From Nemertoderma westbladi (Eukaryota; Animalia; Xenacoelomorpha), in contig JAUCBJ010002601.1 in NCBI GenBank assembly GCA_032718475.1, forward strand, positions 1-64,000: a stretch of DNA of 64,000 nt. The letters run 5' to 3'. Of the stretch, positions 60,960 to 64,000 are shown piece by piece. A program made the position numbers and the translations under genes. The stretch's first letter is position 1; each line of letters starts with the position of its first letter. The notes below the pieces were generated by a model. That model was not told where the DNA came from and made no database searches. It worked only from the letters and a program-made list of their open reading frames with translations.

Positions 60960-61800
60960 TAACTATAACTAACCAATATAGGCCAACGAATATAAATAAG
61001 AAATAAACAGTTCGGATTCCGGAAATCCTGCCAGATTATGTGCTGCGAGAACGGTCTTGGTACCACAATCACAAGTTGTAACATGATAAGACCAGCATCA
61101 GACCACCTCATCCACCCAGGTGACCGTCACACCACCTCATCCACCCAGGTGACCATCAGACCACCTCATCCACCCAGGTGACCATCAGACCACCTCATCC
61201 ACCCAGGTGACCATCACACCACCTCATCCACCCAGGTGACCATCAGACCACCTCATCCACCCAGGTGACCATCAGACCACCTCATCCACCCAGGTGACCA
61301 TCACACCACCTCATCCACCCAGGTGACCATTAGACCCCCACATCCAAATCGGATAATATTATTATTATACGTCATTTTTCCACTTGATTGTGGAACAAGG
61401 ACGGCTATCGCAGCATAGAATCTGACAAATCATTGTGAGTGTCGAACGCCGAAAGTAAACGCAATCGATGAGAATACAGACAATAGTTACCGTTGTCGCG
61501 TCGTGTGTTCAATTGGATCAGACAGGACAACTCTGCACAGACAAAAACTTCATTAGTCTGTTTTCCCAGAGATTTATCATTATCTGAGAATCTCATCTTT
61601 ATTCTTTATGGGCACCAGAAGTTCTACAAAGTTTCGTTGTTGTTCAGAGTTGTTAGCACATTGACTGAAACAGTAACGTAAAGAATCAGTTTTTCTTCTT
61701 GAAAATAATCACGCAGTCAGTAAGTAACTTATTTCAAATAAACCTGCCTCCCTGATTCACTTTCACCTTTCTTTCACAAAGATTAAACGTAAAATTTAAA
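60960..61800 (+). repeat. Unclassified interspersed repeat, copy 2, containing an expanded 29-bp minisatellite
   Basis: Direct-orientation homology to 55430-55950. Confidence 0.65.
61096..61336. repeat. 29-bp minisatellite (catcagaccacctcatccacccaggtgac), ~8.3 copies
   Basis: Directly visible tandem array. Confidence 0.92.
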
Positions 61801-64000
61801 ATATTTAATTAAATTTTTTACATTTTTTACTTTGAGTGTAAAGAATTACTTTCTGATCCGAATATGTAATAATATATACCATACGGTATATTATATTACT
61901 GAACTGAATCGTTATATTTTGGGTTTGTTTATTTAATTATAGAGATATATGATGAGCCAGGTATTTATTAATTTTAGCCTATAAGTCCTTGCCTATAATA
62001 TATGTTATTCCAAAACTGTATTAATATGTATTGAACAGTTGAAGCGGGATATTAAATTCTTATCCGTCAATATACTGTAGGAGCTTGATTTACCATCATG
62101 TCGTATTTATATTATCATATTTATGTGCGTTATTATTGGACCTACAGTACCTACTTTACGAGTAAATTATGATGGGTTATTGGACAGTTTGCGGTGCTAA
62201 AATTACCTACCTAAATCAAAATGTGCTGTCAATAAATATCTTTATTTGAATAAAGGCTCTTTTTATGACTAATATTTTTGAAATTGAGTTAATTAATCTA
62301 ACTTTTTTTCACTAATTTCCAGAAAATTAGTTAAAACAAGTATTTTTTTCATCTTATTTTAGCTCACTGTTTAGCTAGCTCAAAAATCTTCCGTCTGTAC
62401 AGTACCGGTACTTGTACACGGTAACACAATTAGTAGGCATACTGTAGTACTGTACAGTACAGCAGTACTGTACAATTTGAATACTGTAATTGGTGATAGT
62501 GGATAGACCTTTCTCATCCTTAGATCCTACAGAATGGCTGTTAGCAGTACCGGACCTGGTGGTAGGCCTAAATATTGACGATCTGTACGTGCTCGAAAAT
62601 TTGAATGAGCAAGATGCCGCGATGTTTTCGGAGCTACTGACTCAGAAATCTTAGGATATCTATCTGAAAGCTTGGGCAGCATTAATAGAGTATTATACCG
62701 TAAACAATGATAACGCTGGTGATTTTTTTTATTCAAATAAAACAATATATTCGATATAAAAACGTAACGGAAATCACTATTTTCCACACATTTTCTTTAG
62801 AAAAATACTGTTATTCTGCCCTCGTGTGTTGAGTTTTCCACTCGTTGGCATTTTAACACTCGCTTCGCTCGTGCTAAAAACCTGCCAACTTGACTTATCT
62901 ATCGGTTAGTATTTAAACTTTAACTTCAAATTTAAACTTTTTAAACTATTAATAACAGGTCTTGTTTCGAGGTAGACGTAATAGCGGGAGAGCAGTTTGT
63001 AAAAAGTTACTCGCTAGGTGCTGTAATGTCTACGTTACTTCTACAATGAATTTGTATCTGTAATTTAAAAAACTTAATGCAGTATATAAATTACTGTAAG
63101 AGATCCTACTGTTTACTACTACAGTATAATGCAGTATGTTGTTATAATGGACGACTGTATATAACAACTCGTTGTCAATATTAACTGCGTTAAGAAAAAT
63201 AGGATGTACAGTATTCTACAGTGTTACATACAAACGCACTATTTACCCATCATACTGTATATGCACCCAACCGAGATCGATTACCCCCTAGGGGATATTT
63301 CCCCCTCAACTGTTTACAACAGAACGAATATACTGTATACGAGAAACGTGAATCAATAAAGCAGAAACGGAACTCCAAGGAATGAGGAAGCTAGCGAATA
63401 ATGTTGGTGCGATTAAACAATTGTTGGGTTAGAAACAATAATTGAGTAAAAGTGGTTAAAAGGTTCGACGAAAATATTCGTCGAAAAAAAAAGAAATGGA
63501 AAGAAGCACTTGTTGCTTTATTGTTCATGGTATCATTGTTTAATTATAAAATACCATTGAGTGCAAACTCAATATACGGAAGCAATAAAAATTAATCCCT
63601 CTCCAGGGGAAATTGGACGCAAATAGCAGTTGATTACTCTCAAAAATAAAACTGTAACCTGTTCTATTGTGTTTAGTTTATTGTTTTGGTTAAAATAACG
63701 TGCCACTGTAACCTGCTCCTTTCCCTAAATTAAGAATTTGACATTGAGGCGGGATATTAATTCGCCAAGATGGGATTTGCGTCCAGTTCCCCCCCCCCCC
63801 CCCCCCCCCCCCCCTACCCTGTCTCAAAAATTTTACGAGGATCTGAATTTACACTTTAAAAAAATGGAAATTATTTATTTTAATGTATATTTTAATTAAA
63901 GAAATAAAAATCAGTGATTTAAAGTCCTACTCTATCACTAAAATTAATTAGTGAAGAAAGTCTTTCTCTCACTAACACTTAGTGAAGGAAAGCAAAATTA

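Noticed and set aside
34873-61336. Possible CRISPR-like arrays
   Set aside because: Head-to-tail repeats without unique spacers, no cas genes, and a eukaryotic context.

Overview
AT-rich eukaryotic (invertebrate animal-like) genomic DNA made mostly of transposons and satellites, with one host gene. (i) Two ~12 kb minus-strand BEL/Pao LTR retrotransposons (774-12691 and 15979-28790). Both encode only Gag plus protease: RT, most of RNase H and integrase are deleted in frame at the same junction. Both carry extra 3' ORFs. (ii) An intact-looking four-exon SLC18B1-like MFS transporter gene (14439-34230, ~442 aa) whose first intron holds the second LTR element nested in a DNA-transposon remnant. 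(iii) A ~20 kb 22/26-bp satellite carrying a 5'-truncated RTE LINE and a MULE-like MITE. (iv) A 4.2 kb 24/31-bp satellite, several minisatellites, MITEs and a SINE head. Main finding: neither LTR element has a tRNA (TGG) primer-binding site. Instead, the 11-13 nt right after each 5' LTR are exactly complementary to a site at the probable U3/R boundary of the same LTR, and the two sites co-vary between the elements. This points to Tf1-style self-primed reverse transcription in a non-autonomous BEL/Pao lineage. All calls come from manual reading; no searches were run.
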